64,000 nt of DNA from positions 1 through 64,000 of the forward strand of contig DASYUA010000257.1 of NCBI GenBank assembly GCA_036001665.1. Reading direction: 5' to 3'. How positions within the stretch are numbered: position 1 is the first letter of the stretch; each line of letters begins with the position of its first letter. Source of the DNA: Tepidisphaeraceae bacterium. GTDB taxonomy: Bacteria > Planctomycetota > Phycisphaerae > Tepidisphaerales > Tepidisphaeraceae. Below are positions 48,586-58,365 of the stretch, piece by piece. Made by a program: the position numbers and the translations under genes. The notes under the pieces are model-generated. The model saw only the letters and a program-made list of their open reading frames with translations, searched no databases and was not told where the DNA came from.

Positions 48586-48630
48586 AATCTGATCTGCGGA
48601 AATCTGCGAAATCTGCGGCCGCTCTGCGCA
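48586..48630. repeat. TCTGCGY heptad tandem array (copy 4)
   Basis: atctgatctgcggaaatctgcgaaatctgcggccgctctgcgca. Confidence 0.6.
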
Positions 48631-48704
48631 TTTTGAAACTGCTCCGTCTGTGCCGCCCAAACACTCTACGCAACTTAATCCGCCCCAAATTCACGCCGAT
48701 ACAT

Positions 48705-48725
48705 GTAGGTCCGGCTCTGCCGGAC
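48705..48725. repeat. REP hairpin GTAGGTCCGGCTCTGCCGGAC
   Basis: single-arm copy of the 28480 element. Confidence 0.6.
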
Positions 48726-48774
48726 GTTCAGCCTTAAACACGATCCGGGCGCCAACGGATCCGAAAGAGGCGTC

Positions 48775-51585
48775 GTGTCAGGCGCGGCCCTTCCCAACGC
48801 GTTCTATCCCCCCGGCTCCACCGGCGGCCAAATCCCAGCGCCCCTGGCGCGCCCGCTCCGACTCTTCAAATTCGTCCTCGCCATCCCCACCATCGTCCCC
48901 CTCCTCGTCCTCATGGGCTGGATCTTCAACATCGAAACCGCCAAATCGATCGCCCCCCGCCTCGTCGCCATGAACCCCATGGTCGCCCTCGCCTTCATCG
49001 CGGCCACCGCCTCCCTCTGGATCTTCCGCCTCGGCAAACGCCACCCCTGGCAACGCTGGACCTGCCGCGTCTGCGCCGCCATCGTCCTGCTCATCGGCGC
49101 TGTCCGCATGTTCTCCTACATGTCGGACATCGATCTCGGCCTCGATCACCTCCTCTTCTCACGCCGCGTCGGCTCCAGCCACATCGACCCCAACAGTGCC
49201 CTCAACTTCGTCATCCTCGGCGCTGCCCTGGCCATCCTCGAAATCCGCAAGCCCGCCGCCCGCCGCGCCAGCCAGTCCCTCGTCCTCACCGCCGGCATCG
49301 TGGCCCTCACCGCCTTCATCGGCTACGCCTACGGCATCAAACCCTTCGACATCGTCCCCAGCAACGTCGCCATGGCCCTCAACACCGCCATCACCTTCCT
49401 CGCCCTCTGCTGGGCCATGCTCCTCGCCTGCGATGACCACCCCATGGTCGGCCTCACCTACAGCGGCGGCCTGGGCGCTCTCCTCGTCCGCCAGCTCCTC
49501 CCCGCATCCCTCGGCGTCCCCTTCGTCCTGGGCTATCTCGCTCTGCTGGGCGAACGCCACGGAGCCTTCGGCACCGAAAGCGGAGTCACCCTCTTCGTCC
49601 TCGGCCACACCGTCCTCTTTTTCTCCATGGTCTGGAGCAACGCTCTCTCCCTCTCCAAAATCGACCAGCAGCGCCGCGACGCCGTCGCCGAGCTCCGCCG
49701 CGCCCACGATGATCTCGAGCTTCGCGTCCTCGAGCGCACCGAGGAACTCGCCCGCTCCAACGACCGCCTTCGCCAAAGCGCTGACCAGTATCGCTTCCTC
49801 GCCGACGCCATGCCCCAGATCGTCTGGACCACCAAGCCCGACGGCAACAACGACTACTATAACCAGCGCTGGCAGGATCTCTGCGTCACCCCCTTCGAGC
49901 AGAGCAAGGAGCGCGGCTGGGAATCGGCGGTGCACCCCGACGACCTCCCCCAGTTCATCGAAAAATGGAACCTCTGTCTCCGCGGCGGCGATCCCTTCGA
50001 GATGGAAGTCCGCCTCAAAGGCGCCACCGGCCAATTTCGCTGGCACCTAGCCCGCGCCCTCCCCATGCGCAACAAGCTCGGCCGAATCATGCAGTGGGTC
50101 GGCACCGCCACCGACATCGAGGACTTCAAGCACGTCGAATCCGAGCTGCGCACCATCCAGAAAGAGCTCGAAGACCGCGTCCGCCAGCGCACCGCCGACC
50201 TGGAAGCCTCCAATCACGCCCTCCGCCGCGCTGGCGACCGCCTCCGCTACGACGCCATGCACGACGCCCTCACCGGCCTCCCCAATCGTTCCTTCTTCCA
50301 CGACCAGGTGCAGCGCTGCATTGAACGCGCCCGCCGCCGCTCCGATTTCCGCTTCGCCGTCCTCTTCCTCGACCTCGACCGCTTCAAAGTCATCAACGAC
50401 TCCCTCGGCCACGCCGCCGGCGACCGCTTGCTGGTCACCATCGGCGACCGCCTCCGCCGCTGCCTCCGCCCCACCGACACCATCGCCGCCGAAACCACCG
50501 ACACCGTCGCCCGCCTCGGCGGCGACGAGTTCACCATCCTCCTCGACGATCTCAAGGGCGAAAATGACGCCGTCCTCGTCGCCGAGCGCATCGAGCGCGC
50601 CCTCGGCCAGCCCATCGACTTCGAGGGCCATCAGCTCTACTCCACTGTCAGCATCGGCATCGTCAACGGCAACGCCAATTACGGCACTGCCAAGGAACTC
50701 CTGCGCGACGCCGACGCCGCCATGTACCACGCCAAGGCCGCCGGCAAGGCCCGCCATGTCGTCTTCGACGCCGGCATGCACGCCGTCGCCATGGAGCGCC
50801 TCCGCATCGAGAGCGATCTGCAAAACGCCATCCCCAACGCCGAACTGCGCCTCGAATACCTCCCCATCGTCTCCCTCAAATCCAAAAAAGTCGTCGGCTT
50901 CGAAACCCACCTCTGCTGGAATCACCCACAGCGGGGCCTCATTCCCCAGTCGCAGTTCATCCCCATCGCCGAGGAAACCGGCATGTCCGGCGCAATCAAC
51001 ACCTGGTGCCTCGAGCAGGCCTGCCTCCAGCTCCAGGCCTGGAAGGAAAAAGACTTCCCCAAGGTTTCCATCAACGTCCGCCTTCTCCGCCGCCACCTCA
51101 ACGAGCCCGGCCTGATCACCAAGCTCCAGGAAATCCTCGAAAAAACCAGCGCTGATCCCTCCAAACTCACCATCGAGCTCACCGAGAGCACCATCATGGC
51201 CGACCCCGAGGCCGCCCGCCGCACCGTCGCCGAAATCCGCGCCTTGAACGTCGTCGTCCTGATGGATGAATTCGGCGCAGGCCGCTCCTCCCTCACCTGC
51301 CTCCACCAGTTCCCCATCCACGGCCTCAAAATCGACCGCGCCTTCGTCACCAGCATGTGCGGCCGCCGCGACTACGCCGCCGTCGTCCACGCCATCGTCA
51401 CTCTCGCCCACCACCTCAACATGCAGGTCACCGCCACCGGCGTCGAAACCCCCGAACAAGTCGCCCTCCTCCAAAAACTCGAATGCGACGCCGCCCAGGG
51501 CCACTTCTTCAGCGACGCCCTCGACGCCACCTCCGCCGAAAAACTCCTCTCCCACCCCCTCAAACCCCTCAAACACTCCGCCTGA
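48775..51585 (+). CDS. membrane-anchored PAS/GGDEF/EAL signalling protein (c-di-GMP turnover)
   Basis: 8-9 N-terminal TM helices, PAS, RLGGDEF, EAL (ELTES..EFGAG); start could be a later Met. Confidence 0.85.
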   Translation: MSGAALPNAFYPPGSTGGQIPAPLARPLRLFKFVLAIPTIVPLLVLMGWIFNIETAKSIAPRLVAMNPMVALAFIAATASLWIFRLGKRHPWQRWTCRVCAAIVLLIGAVRMFSYMSDIDLGLDHLLFSRRVGSSHIDPNSALNFVILGAALAILEIRKPAARRASQSLVLTAGIVALTAFIGYAYGIKPFDIVPSNVAMALNTAITFLALCWAMLLACDDHPMVGLTYSGGLGALLVRQLLPASLGVPFVLGYLALLGERHGAFGTESGVTLFVLGHTVLFFSMVWSNALSLSKIDQQRRDAVAELRRAHDDLELRVLERTEELARSNDRLRQSADQYRFLADAMPQIVWTTKPDGNNDYYNQRWQDLCVTPFEQSKERGWESAVHPDDLPQFIEKWNLCLRGGDPFEMEVRLKGATGQFRWHLARALPMRNKLGRIMQWVGTATDIEDFKHVESELRTIQKELEDRVRQRTADLEASNHALRRAGDRLRYDAMHDALTGLPNRSFFHDQVQRCIERARRRSDFRFAVLFLDLDRFKVINDSLGHAAGDRLLVTIGDRLRRCLRPTDTIAAETTDTVARLGGDEFTILLDDLKGENDAVLVAERIERALGQPIDFEGHQLYSTVSIGIVNGNANYGTAKELLRDADAAMYHAKAAGKARHVVFDAGMHAVAMERLRIESDLQNAIPNAELRLEYLPIVSLKSKKVVGFETHLCWNHPQRGLIPQSQFIPIAEETGMSGAINTWCLEQACLQLQAWKEKDFPKVSINVRLLRRHLNEPGLITKLQEILEKTSADPSKLTIELTESTIMADPEAARRTVAEIRALNVVVLMDEFGAGRSSLTCLHQFPIHGLKIDRAFVTSMCGRRDYAAVVHAIVTLAHHLNMQVTATGVETPEQVALLQKLECDAAQGHFFSDALDATSAEKLLSHPLKPLKHSA

Positions 51586-51619
51586 TCTCAACCCTCCTCG
51601 CCGCCCTACTCAGCTTCTT

Positions 51620-51649
51620 CCCCTCGCCCCCGTACTCGGGGGAGAGGGC
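51620..51649. repeat. hairpin CCCCTCGCCCCCGTACTCGGGGGAGAGGGC between convergent genes
   Basis: variant of the CTCCCGG-TACT-CCGGGAG family. Confidence 0.5.
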
Positions 51650-51695
51650 AGGATGAGGGGGTCTTCTTCTGACTTCTGAATTCTGAATTCTCTCC

Positions 51696-52496
51696 TCACG
51701 GCAAATGCCCCACAATCTGCTCCGCCAGCGCATCCACCCTCTCCAACTCCAGCGGATCAAACGGCCGCCCCGAAAAATCCAGCACCAGGTTCCGCTCCAC
51801 CAGCAGCAACCCCACATCCGGCGGCAACAACGCCGCCACCGACGACTTCCCCAGCGCCCGCGCCGTCCGCGCCTCCGCCCCATACAACACAAACCGCTCC
51901 GTCGGCGCCATCGCCCTCATCTCATTCAGCGGAAAATAATCCAGAATGCTCCTCCCGCTGCTCGCCGGCCGAAATCCCGTCGTCGGCCACGCCCGCTCCA
52001 GCTTCCTCACCAGCAGATTCCACCTCACCTGCGTCATCCCGCTCCCCCTCGGCCCCTCCGCCTCGATCTGCACGATCCCCGTATCCACATCGTTCAGCGA
52101 AACCAGAATCTTCGGCGCAGGCTGTGTGATGCTCCTCAAAACCTCCGGCCCCACCGCCCCCTTCTCCCCATGCAGCTTGAACCGGTTCTCATCCGCCCAA
52201 TCCTGAAGCGCCAGCCAGTGCCTTTGCGTCGTCCACCGCCTGATCAACAGCCAAAAAATCCCCGACGACGCCCCAATGATCAATGCCAGCGAAGCAAAAA
52301 CGCCCAGCCATTCACTCGCCGGCACCGCCCACGCCTGCGGACCTCGCAGCCCCCCCACCTTTGCCGCCAACCCCATGAGCGCGCCCGGAAAATAAACCAC
52401 CACACCCGCCTCTCCTTCGTCATTCAGTAGTTCCAATTTCTTCTTGAAACAGAAAGCCCCTCCGTAAGAGAGTTGTGTCGCGACAAACTCATGCAC
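51696..52496 (-). CDS. hypothetical membrane protein
   Basis: 266 aa; TM helices (WLGVFASLALIIGASSGIFWLLI). Confidence 0.5.
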   Translation of the reverse strand: MHEFVATQLSYGGAFCFKKKLELLNDEGEAGVVVYFPGALMGLAAKVGGLRGPQAWAVPASEWLGVFASLALIIGASSGIFWLLIRRWTTQRHWLALQDWADENRFKLHGEKGAVGPEVLRSITQPAPKILVSLNDVDTGIVQIEAEGPRGSGMTQVRWNLLVRKLERAWPTTGFRPASSGRSILDYFPLNEMRAMAPTERFVLYGAEARTARALGKSSVAALLPPDVGLLLVERNLVLDFSGRPFDPLELERVDALAEQIVGHLP

Positions 52497-53038
52497 GGAG
52501 GAGCTTATGCGTTCAGGGGTGAACCATACCGTCTCCGCCGGCCAAGTCCACGAGCTGGCGGGCGGAATTCCGCGGCAGTTTTCTGTCGCTGGTCGATCGC
52601 GGCCGCAAGTGCACGGTCGTATCCGTTCACCAGTGCGGGACTTGAACCAGCGCCAGACCCATGAGGTAGAACCTGGAACTACTGAATGACGAATGAATGA
52701 CGGGCGCGTATGGCTGATCCCACATTGGTCATTGGAGCTTTTCTCGTCGCCATTGCAATTGCTCGTTGATTTTGCCCTTCTTTGCCAGCCAGATTCCTGC
52801 GCGTCGGATTGGTGAATTGCTTTGGCACATCTATTGATTAGTGTTCCCGCTAAACGTATCGTAGTCGAATGTATTCGCTGGGCATGTCTTTGGCGTGAGC
52901 AGATCTGAGAGTGCGGCTTCGGTCGCTTTCAAATCAGGAAGTGTGTTCGCGGCGGAGGGAGGGGTGGCTATCGATTGCAATTCTTCGGCGCGCCGACGAG
53001 TCGAAAAGTGCTGACACTTCGGGTGCAAAGGGGAAGTT

Positions 53039-56000
53039 ATGGCAGATCAAAAGAGCGAGAGCATCATTCCGTGGCCGGCGGTGGTGGCGCTGGTGGCGAT
53101 GATTGGGGGAGCATATTGGTACCTCGACCCGCTGACGAGCTCGCGGCCGAGAGTGGACCCGCGCCAGTCATCGCAAAGCTTGAATGCGCAGGATGTTGAC
53201 TCGCGGCTATGGCAGGATCCGGTGGCGACGACGGAGACGGCATACCGGGCGACAACGCAGCCGAGCGGCGACCACAGTATTGAGGTGCTGCTGGAGGAAA
53301 TGAGCCGGAAATCGAAAAAGGATTCCAAGACGCTGGTAATGCCGGTGATGGTCCCTGGGGGCCCGCACGCGGATCAGGTGGAACGGCGGCTTCGGTCGCG
53401 GTATGCCGTGCTGGGAGGGCTGAGCGTGAGTGGGTATGTGCCGGCGGACAGCAATCACATCCGATACGTCACGATGAAATGGCGTCGGCCGTACGCTGTC
53501 GAGAGCGACATAACTCCTCTGGTCATCCCCTACGAATGGTGCGAGGCGCAATACAACAACGCAGCCCTGGCATTTCCGGGAACATATGATTCCGTTCTGC
53601 TGTTGTGGCTCCGTGATGACGCGTTCCTGGACAAACCATTGGCGCGGCTGGCAAGTATTCTTGGTGAGATCAGGCCGCGAGCAGTGAAGGGTAAGAACAA
53701 TCCTGTGGATTTCGCGATCATCGCTCCATATAGCTCAACTACGCTGCGGACGATGTTGTATGAAGCGGCGTACGACGAGGATCTGGCTGCCCTGGATTTT
53801 CGCAACGCGAAGATGTACGCGGCAACTCCGACCGCGCCAGGGGACCTGCTCGTTCACAATCTTTCGGGCGTAAAGATCAACGGCCAGTTGCCGACGGTTG
53901 ACCTGCTGATGCGCTATGCGATGGGCAAAGACAGGTTTTTTCGCACGATCAACACGGATGATGACATCTGCGAGGCAATGGTGGAGGAGCTTGACCGCCG
54001 CGAAGTCAAAGTGGGATCGGCAAAAGATCATGTTGCAATCATCTCTGAATGGGACACATTCTACGGGCGGGCGTTGCCTGTGACTTTCGCCAAGAAGGCA
54101 ACTCAGCGGAGCTATTCGGATTTGCTCCTGGGTCTTCCTCCTTCGATACACTGGTATAGCTATCTTCGGGGGCTGGATGGAAGGCTGCCCGCGGAGCCGG
54201 AGGCAGATAAATCAGATCACAAATCCGATGAGAGAAAGACGCTAAGGCCCATGGAGGAACCGGCCGGGCTGCATCAGGCGGATTATCTACGAAGACTGGC
54301 CATCCAGTTGGAGGATTTGAATTGGGAGCTGGTCCGAAGCAACAGGGGGCGGCTGCGAGCGATTGGAATCCTGGGAAGCGATGTTTACGACAAGCTTCTG
54401 ATCATGAAAGCGCTTCGGAAGCATTTCCCGAGCGTCATTTTCTTCACCAATGACCTGGATGCACGGATGGGCCATCCGGATGAATGGAATGAAACCCATA
54501 ACCTGGTGGTGGCGTCGGCGTTTGGGCTGTCGCTCCATCCCTCACACCAGGTAAACATTGCTCCATTTCGAGATGGTTATCAAACGGCGATGTTTGCGGC
54601 CACGTTGATGGCGACGAGCAAGCTGTCTCCTCATGCGGAGCTCAAGCCGGTGCGCTTGTTCGAGATCGGACGCGGCGGACCGAGAGACCTGAGTTTGGAT
54701 CGCAACAGGGGAGGCGATGAGACGACAGCATCTGAATCCAAAGTCGGTTTCGCGGGCACACGATCATCGGTAGATGCCGCGAATCCCGGGGTGGCGCCGC
54801 CACGTCTACCAGCGTCGGGAAGCACACACCCGGCTCGTCTTGACTCGGGAAGCTGGTTGTCCGCGAAGCGGGCAGCACAGGTAACAGTTGCGGCCGGCCT
54901 GGCGGTCTTTTTGATCATATGGCTGATGTGGTTATCGGGGTTGCTCAAGATTTTCAGGTGGAAACGGTTCTTCAGCACGACCACCGCGGTTCTGCTTATG
55001 GCGACGCCGGTGATATTCGGCTTGATGTGGGCGGTTCACGCGCTGGAGGGCGCCGGAGGAGAACCTTTCGCCCTTTTTGACGGGATCAGCATTTGGCCGA
55101 CGGAAACGATCCGGCTGATCGCCGCCGTGCTCTGCGCTCATTATGTCTTTAAGGCGTACATGGATTTGAAGGATAACGATGAAAAGATCAAAGAGGAGTT
55201 TGCGCTGGAGTGCTCAAAGAGCAGTTGCTCCTGGAAAAGCCCCGGGATGAGCGATTGGAACATACGTGTTGCCGGTGACTCTTTGCTCGTTGACGGGGAA
55301 AAACTGTGGGACGAATACACCGCTCATGGGTTCTGGACGCCTCGCCTCATCCGATTCGTGGTACCCGCGGGTGCTTATCTTCTTTTCGGCCTGATCATTA
55401 TTTTAAATCTGTTTCCTCCCCCCATCGTGCCTGCGAGGGGTTGGATCAGTTACAAGGCTGATGCGATCATTCTGAGCATTGGAGTAATCGCTTCAATTTT
55501 TTTGACATTTTATGTAATTGACGCCACGCGCCTGAACCAGAAGTTCATTCAATATCTGGCCGAAGGAAAAACGCGCTACCCGGACAAGACGCTTGAAATC
55601 TGGAAAACAAAGCGTCCAGGGATTGATAGTGAGGATTTATCGGAGCTTCTGGACGTTGCACTGATCGGCACGCGCACGGCCGTGGTGGGGCAGCTGATCT
55701 ACTACCCATTTCTGATCCTGTTTCTGATGATTATCTCGCGGGTCAGTTATTTTGATAATTGGCAATGGCCAATCAGTTTGATCATCGTGTTCTCGCTGAA
55801 TTCTTTGTTGGCGCTTTCGTGCGCACTTGGACTGCAATGGGACGCGGAGAAAGCGCGACGTAAAGCGATTGCAAATCTTTCCGACAAGTTGTTCGGCTAT
55901 GAGACGCTTGGGGCGGAGAATCAGGCGAGCGCTTTGAAACATATGATCAGCGAGATCGAGGCGAGCGAATCGGGATCATTCGGCCGGTTTTCAAAGCATC

Positions 56001-56080
56001 CAGTGTTGAGAGCGATACTGCTGCCCTCCAGCGGGATCGCTGTTGTGGCGATTGTGGAGTTCTTGATGAAGACGTGGTGA
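53039..56080 (+). CDS. large orphan membrane protein (N-terminal TM anchor, ~650-aa ectodomain, C-terminal 8-TM bundle)
   Basis: 1013 aa; G-ending codon preference and GC lower than flanks; preceded by a 540-bp AT-richer spacer. Confidence 0.65.
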   Translation: MADQKSESIIPWPAVVALVAMIGGAYWYLDPLTSSRPRVDPRQSSQSLNAQDVDSRLWQDPVATTETAYRATTQPSGDHSIEVLLEEMSRKSKKDSKTLVMPVMVPGGPHADQVERRLRSRYAVLGGLSVSGYVPADSNHIRYVTMKWRRPYAVESDITPLVIPYEWCEAQYNNAALAFPGTYDSVLLLWLRDDAFLDKPLARLASILGEIRPRAVKGKNNPVDFAIIAPYSSTTLRTMLYEAAYDEDLAALDFRNAKMYAATPTAPGDLLVHNLSGVKINGQLPTVDLLMRYAMGKDRFFRTINTDDDICEAMVEELDRREVKVGSAKDHVAIISEWDTFYGRALPVTFAKKATQRSYSDLLLGLPPSIHWYSYLRGLDGRLPAEPEADKSDHKSDERKTLRPMEEPAGLHQADYLRRLAIQLEDLNWELVRSNRGRLRAIGILGSDVYDKLLIMKALRKHFPSVIFFTNDLDARMGHPDEWNETHNLVVASAFGLSLHPSHQVNIAPFRDGYQTAMFAATLMATSKLSPHAELKPVRLFEIGRGGPRDLSLDRNRGGDETTASESKVGFAGTRSSVDAANPGVAPPRLPASGSTHPARLDSGSWLSAKRAAQVTVAAGLAVFLIIWLMWLSGLLKIFRWKRFFSTTTAVLLMATPVIFGLMWAVHALEGAGGEPFALFDGISIWPTETIRLIAAVLCAHYVFKAYMDLKDNDEKIKEEFALECSKSSCSWKSPGMSDWNIRVAGDSLLVDGEKLWDEYTAHGFWTPRLIRFVVPAGAYLLFGLIIILNLFPPPIVPARGWISYKADAIILSIGVIASIFLTFYVIDATRLNQKFIQYLAEGKTRYPDKTLEIWKTKRPGIDSEDLSELLDVALIGTRTAVVGQLIYYPFLILFLMIISRVSYFDNWQWPISLIIVFSLNSLLALSCALGLQWDAEKARRKAIANLSDKLFGYETLGAENQASALKHMISEIEASESGSFGRFSKHPVLRAILLPSSGIAVVAIVEFLMKTW

Positions 56081-56085
56081 TGCGG

Positions 56086-57120
56086 TTATTGCTTCTCCAC
56101 GATCCACACGTTGCGGAAAAAGACGGGGTTGCCGTGGTTTTGGAGCTGGAGCTGGCCGGGGGTGGGGGCTTCGTTTTGGCCGCCGCCGGTTTTGTCAGTG
56201 ATTTCGACGTTGTCGTGAATGGTCACGCCGTTGTGCTTGACGGTGGCGCGGGCGTTGGTGGTTTTTTTGCCGGCGGCGTCGAATTTGGCGGCGGTGAAGT
56301 CGATGTCGTAGGTCTGCCAGGTGAGGGGGGCGAAACACATGTTCACTGACGGGGCGGCTTTGGTGTAGATGCCGCCGCACTCGTTGTTTTCACCTTTGAG
56401 GCCAAAGGAGTCGAGTACCTGGACTTCGTAGCGGTTCTGGAGATAGACGCCGGAGTTGGCCCGGCCCTGGCCGCGGGCGTCGGGCATGAAGGGGAGGATG
56501 AATTCGGCGTGGAGGGTGCAGTCGCCGAATTTTTTCTTGGTGGTGGTGCCGGCCACGAGGAGGCGGCGGTCATCCATCCTGGCGTTGGCCCATTCATCGA
56601 CGTTGCTGCCATCGAAGAGGACGATTGCGCCCTGTGGGGGCTTGGCGCCTTCGGTGGGGCTCTTGCGGTTCACCTTTTTGAAGTCCATGGTTTCGTTTTT
56701 CTCATTGGCGCCGACGGCGGATTGGCCGGACTTGTCGATGACCAGGGTGTGGTTGTCATCGGTGGTGAATTTGACGGAGTCGCCATCCCATTTGCCGTTG
56801 ACCTGTCGCGGATCTTTGCCGTTCCAGCCATCGCCGGGGAGGCCGTCGCGATAGACGACAGCGCGGAAGCCTTCCTTGCCGAGGGCGATGACTTGGATGC
56901 CAAGTTTGAGGTCGCCGGATTCGCCGAGGTATTCGCCCTGGACGGTGAAATCGCGGCCGGCTTCGGCTTCGTTGATGAAGGCTTTGGGAGGAGCGGGTTT
57001 GGGCGCGGCCGAGGAGGGAGTTTTGGGATCGGCTTTTGAGTCGGGCTTGGGGGGGTCGGCGGCGAAAGTGAGGGCGGCGAAGGCGAAGATCAGCGCGAGG
57101 GCGGACGATGCGAGTTTCAT
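56086..57120 (-). CDS. secreted DUF1080 (3-keto-disaccharide hydrolase-like) protein
   Basis: signal peptide MKLASSALALIFAFAALTFA; C-terminal LQLQNHGNPVFFRNVWIVE signature. Confidence 0.8.
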   Translation of the reverse strand: MKLASSALALIFAFAALTFAADPPKPDSKADPKTPSSAAPKPAPPKAFINEAEAGRDFTVQGEYLGESGDLKLGIQVIALGKEGFRAVVYRDGLPGDGWNGKDPRQVNGKWDGDSVKFTTDDNHTLVIDKSGQSAVGANEKNETMDFKKVNRKSPTEGAKPPQGAIVLFDGSNVDEWANARMDDRRLLVAGTTTKKKFGDCTLHAEFILPFMPDARGQGRANSGVYLQNRYEVQVLDSFGLKGENNECGGIYTKAAPSVNMCFAPLTWQTYDIDFTAAKFDAAGKKTTNARATVKHNGVTIHDNVEITDKTGGGQNEAPTPGQLQLQNHGNPVFFRNVWIVEKQ

Positions 57121-57137
57121 GTGGCTCCTAGAAGAAC

Positions 57138-57155
57138 GTCCGGCACAGCCGGACC
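57138..57155. repeat. REP hairpin GTCCGGCACAGCCGGACC
   Basis: reverse orientation of the 48705 copy. Confidence 0.6.
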
Positions 57156-57226
57156 TCCATGTGAAGTGGACGAGGATTATACAGCGGAAAGGGGAGGATG
57201 TTGGAATCACGGGCGAGACGCCCGTG

Positions 57227-57676
57227 CTACAGGTTGAGCTGGAGGCGGGCGGCTTCGCTTAGCATGTCGCGGGTCCAGGGGGGGGCCCAGACCAGTTCGA
57301 CCTGGGCGCTTTTGACTTCGGGGATGGATTCGATTTGCGCTTCCACTTGTGGGGGGAGGGAGCCGGCGACGGGGCAGGCGGGGGCGGTGAGGGTCATGCG
57401 GATGTGGACGCGGTTTTCGGGGTCGATGTCGATGTCGTAGATGAGGCCGAGCTCATAAATGTTCAGAGGGATTTCGGGGTCGAAGATGGTTTTGAGCTGG
57501 TCGATGATCTTTTCTTCGAGGGCTTGCTGGAGGGTGGAGCGGGGCGTTGTCGGGCTGGTGCGGTTGACGTGGGCGACGTAGCTGGGGGTAGGAGAGATGG
57601 CCAGGGGGGCGGATTTGAGCTGGTCCACTTTGCCGGAGTGAGGGAGGACGTTGAGGCTGTGTTTGGGTTGGTCCAT
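57227..57676 (-). CDS. SufT-like Fe-S assembly protein (DUF59/MIP18 family)
   Basis: IYELGLIYDIDID..MTLTAPACP motif. Confidence 0.7.
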   Translation of the reverse strand: MDQPKHSLNVLPHSGKVDQLKSAPLAISPTPSYVAHVNRTSPTTPRSTLQQALEEKIIDQLKTIFDPEIPLNIYELGLIYDIDIDPENRVHIRMTLTAPACPVAGSLPPQVEAQIESIPEVKSAQVELVWAPPWTRDMLSEAARLQLNL

Positions 57677-57696
57677 GGGGGACTCGCTTGGCAGAG

Positions 57697-57869
57697 GATT
57701 AAACACGAAGGCACGGAGGCACGAAGGCCAACTCGTCGTGGTGCGCGGCTTGCAGGAGCGGGAGTGGCTGGATTTTGATTTTAAATACAGAGCCGAAAGA
57801 GCAGATCGGAACGCGCGATGGGCGAAAACCAGGCGCGTCTTCGTGCCTTTGTGCCTTCGTGTTTAATCC
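57697..57869. mobile_element. MITE-like element: ~33-bp terminal inverted repeats flanking ~108 bp
   Basis: left GGATTAAACACGAAGGCACGGAGGCACGAAGGC; right GTCTTCGTGCCTTTGTGCCTTCGTGTTTAATCC (reverse complement matches at about 29/33). Confidence 0.5.
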
Positions 57870-57891
57870 TGGGCCGTGTGCTTTCATTGGG

Positions 57892-58347
57892 CTACTCGGT
57901 TGAGACAGCGGATGAATCGTTTTTGAGCGCGGCCTGGAGGGTGTGCCAGGCGAGGGTGGCGCATTTTACGCGGACGGGGAATTTGCGGACGCCGTGGAAG
58001 GCGGCCAGCTTGCCGAGGTGTTCGGCGTCGGTGGCGATGTCGGGCGGGCCGGTGAGGACGTCGTGGAAACGGGTGAAGAGGTCCTGGGCATCGGCGAGAG
58101 TTTTGCCTTTGAGGGCTTCGGTCATCATGGAGGCGGAGGCTGTCGAAATCGAACAGCCAGCGCCTTTGAAGGAGACATCCTCGATTGTGTCGCCGCTGAG
58201 TTTGATGAAGACTTTAAGCTTGTCGCCGCAGAGACGGTTGTGGCCGTCGGCTGTGCGCGTGGGGTTGGCGATCTCGCGGAAGTTGCGCGGGTGTTTGGTG
58301 TGATCGAGGATCACTTCGCGGTAGAGATCGTCGAGTTCTTCGGACAT
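57892..58347 (-). CDS. sufU: SufU/NifU-like Fe-S cluster scaffold
   Basis: LYREVILDHTKHPRN..NRLCGD..GAGCSIS. Confidence 0.85.
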   Translation of the reverse strand: MSEELDDLYREVILDHTKHPRNFREIANPTRTADGHNRLCGDKLKVFIKLSGDTIEDVSFKGAGCSISTASASMMTEALKGKTLADAQDLFTRFHDVLTGPPDIATDAEHLGKLAAFHGVRKFPVRVKCATLAWHTLQAALKNDSSAVSTE

Positions 58348-58365
58348 ATCGTTTAATTCTATTCA

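Noticed and set aside
49159-51591. Two long minus-strand ORFs (295 and 514 aa) opposite the GGDEF/EAL gene
   Set aside because: Gly/Ala/Glu/Asp-rich shadow frames. The + frame has PAS/GGDEF/EAL motifs.
52560-52680. GGGACTTGAACC resembling the reverse complement of a tRNA T-arm
   Set aside because: Flanking sequence does not form the T-stem, acceptor or anticodon stems. No other tRNA-like structure was found in intergenic regions.
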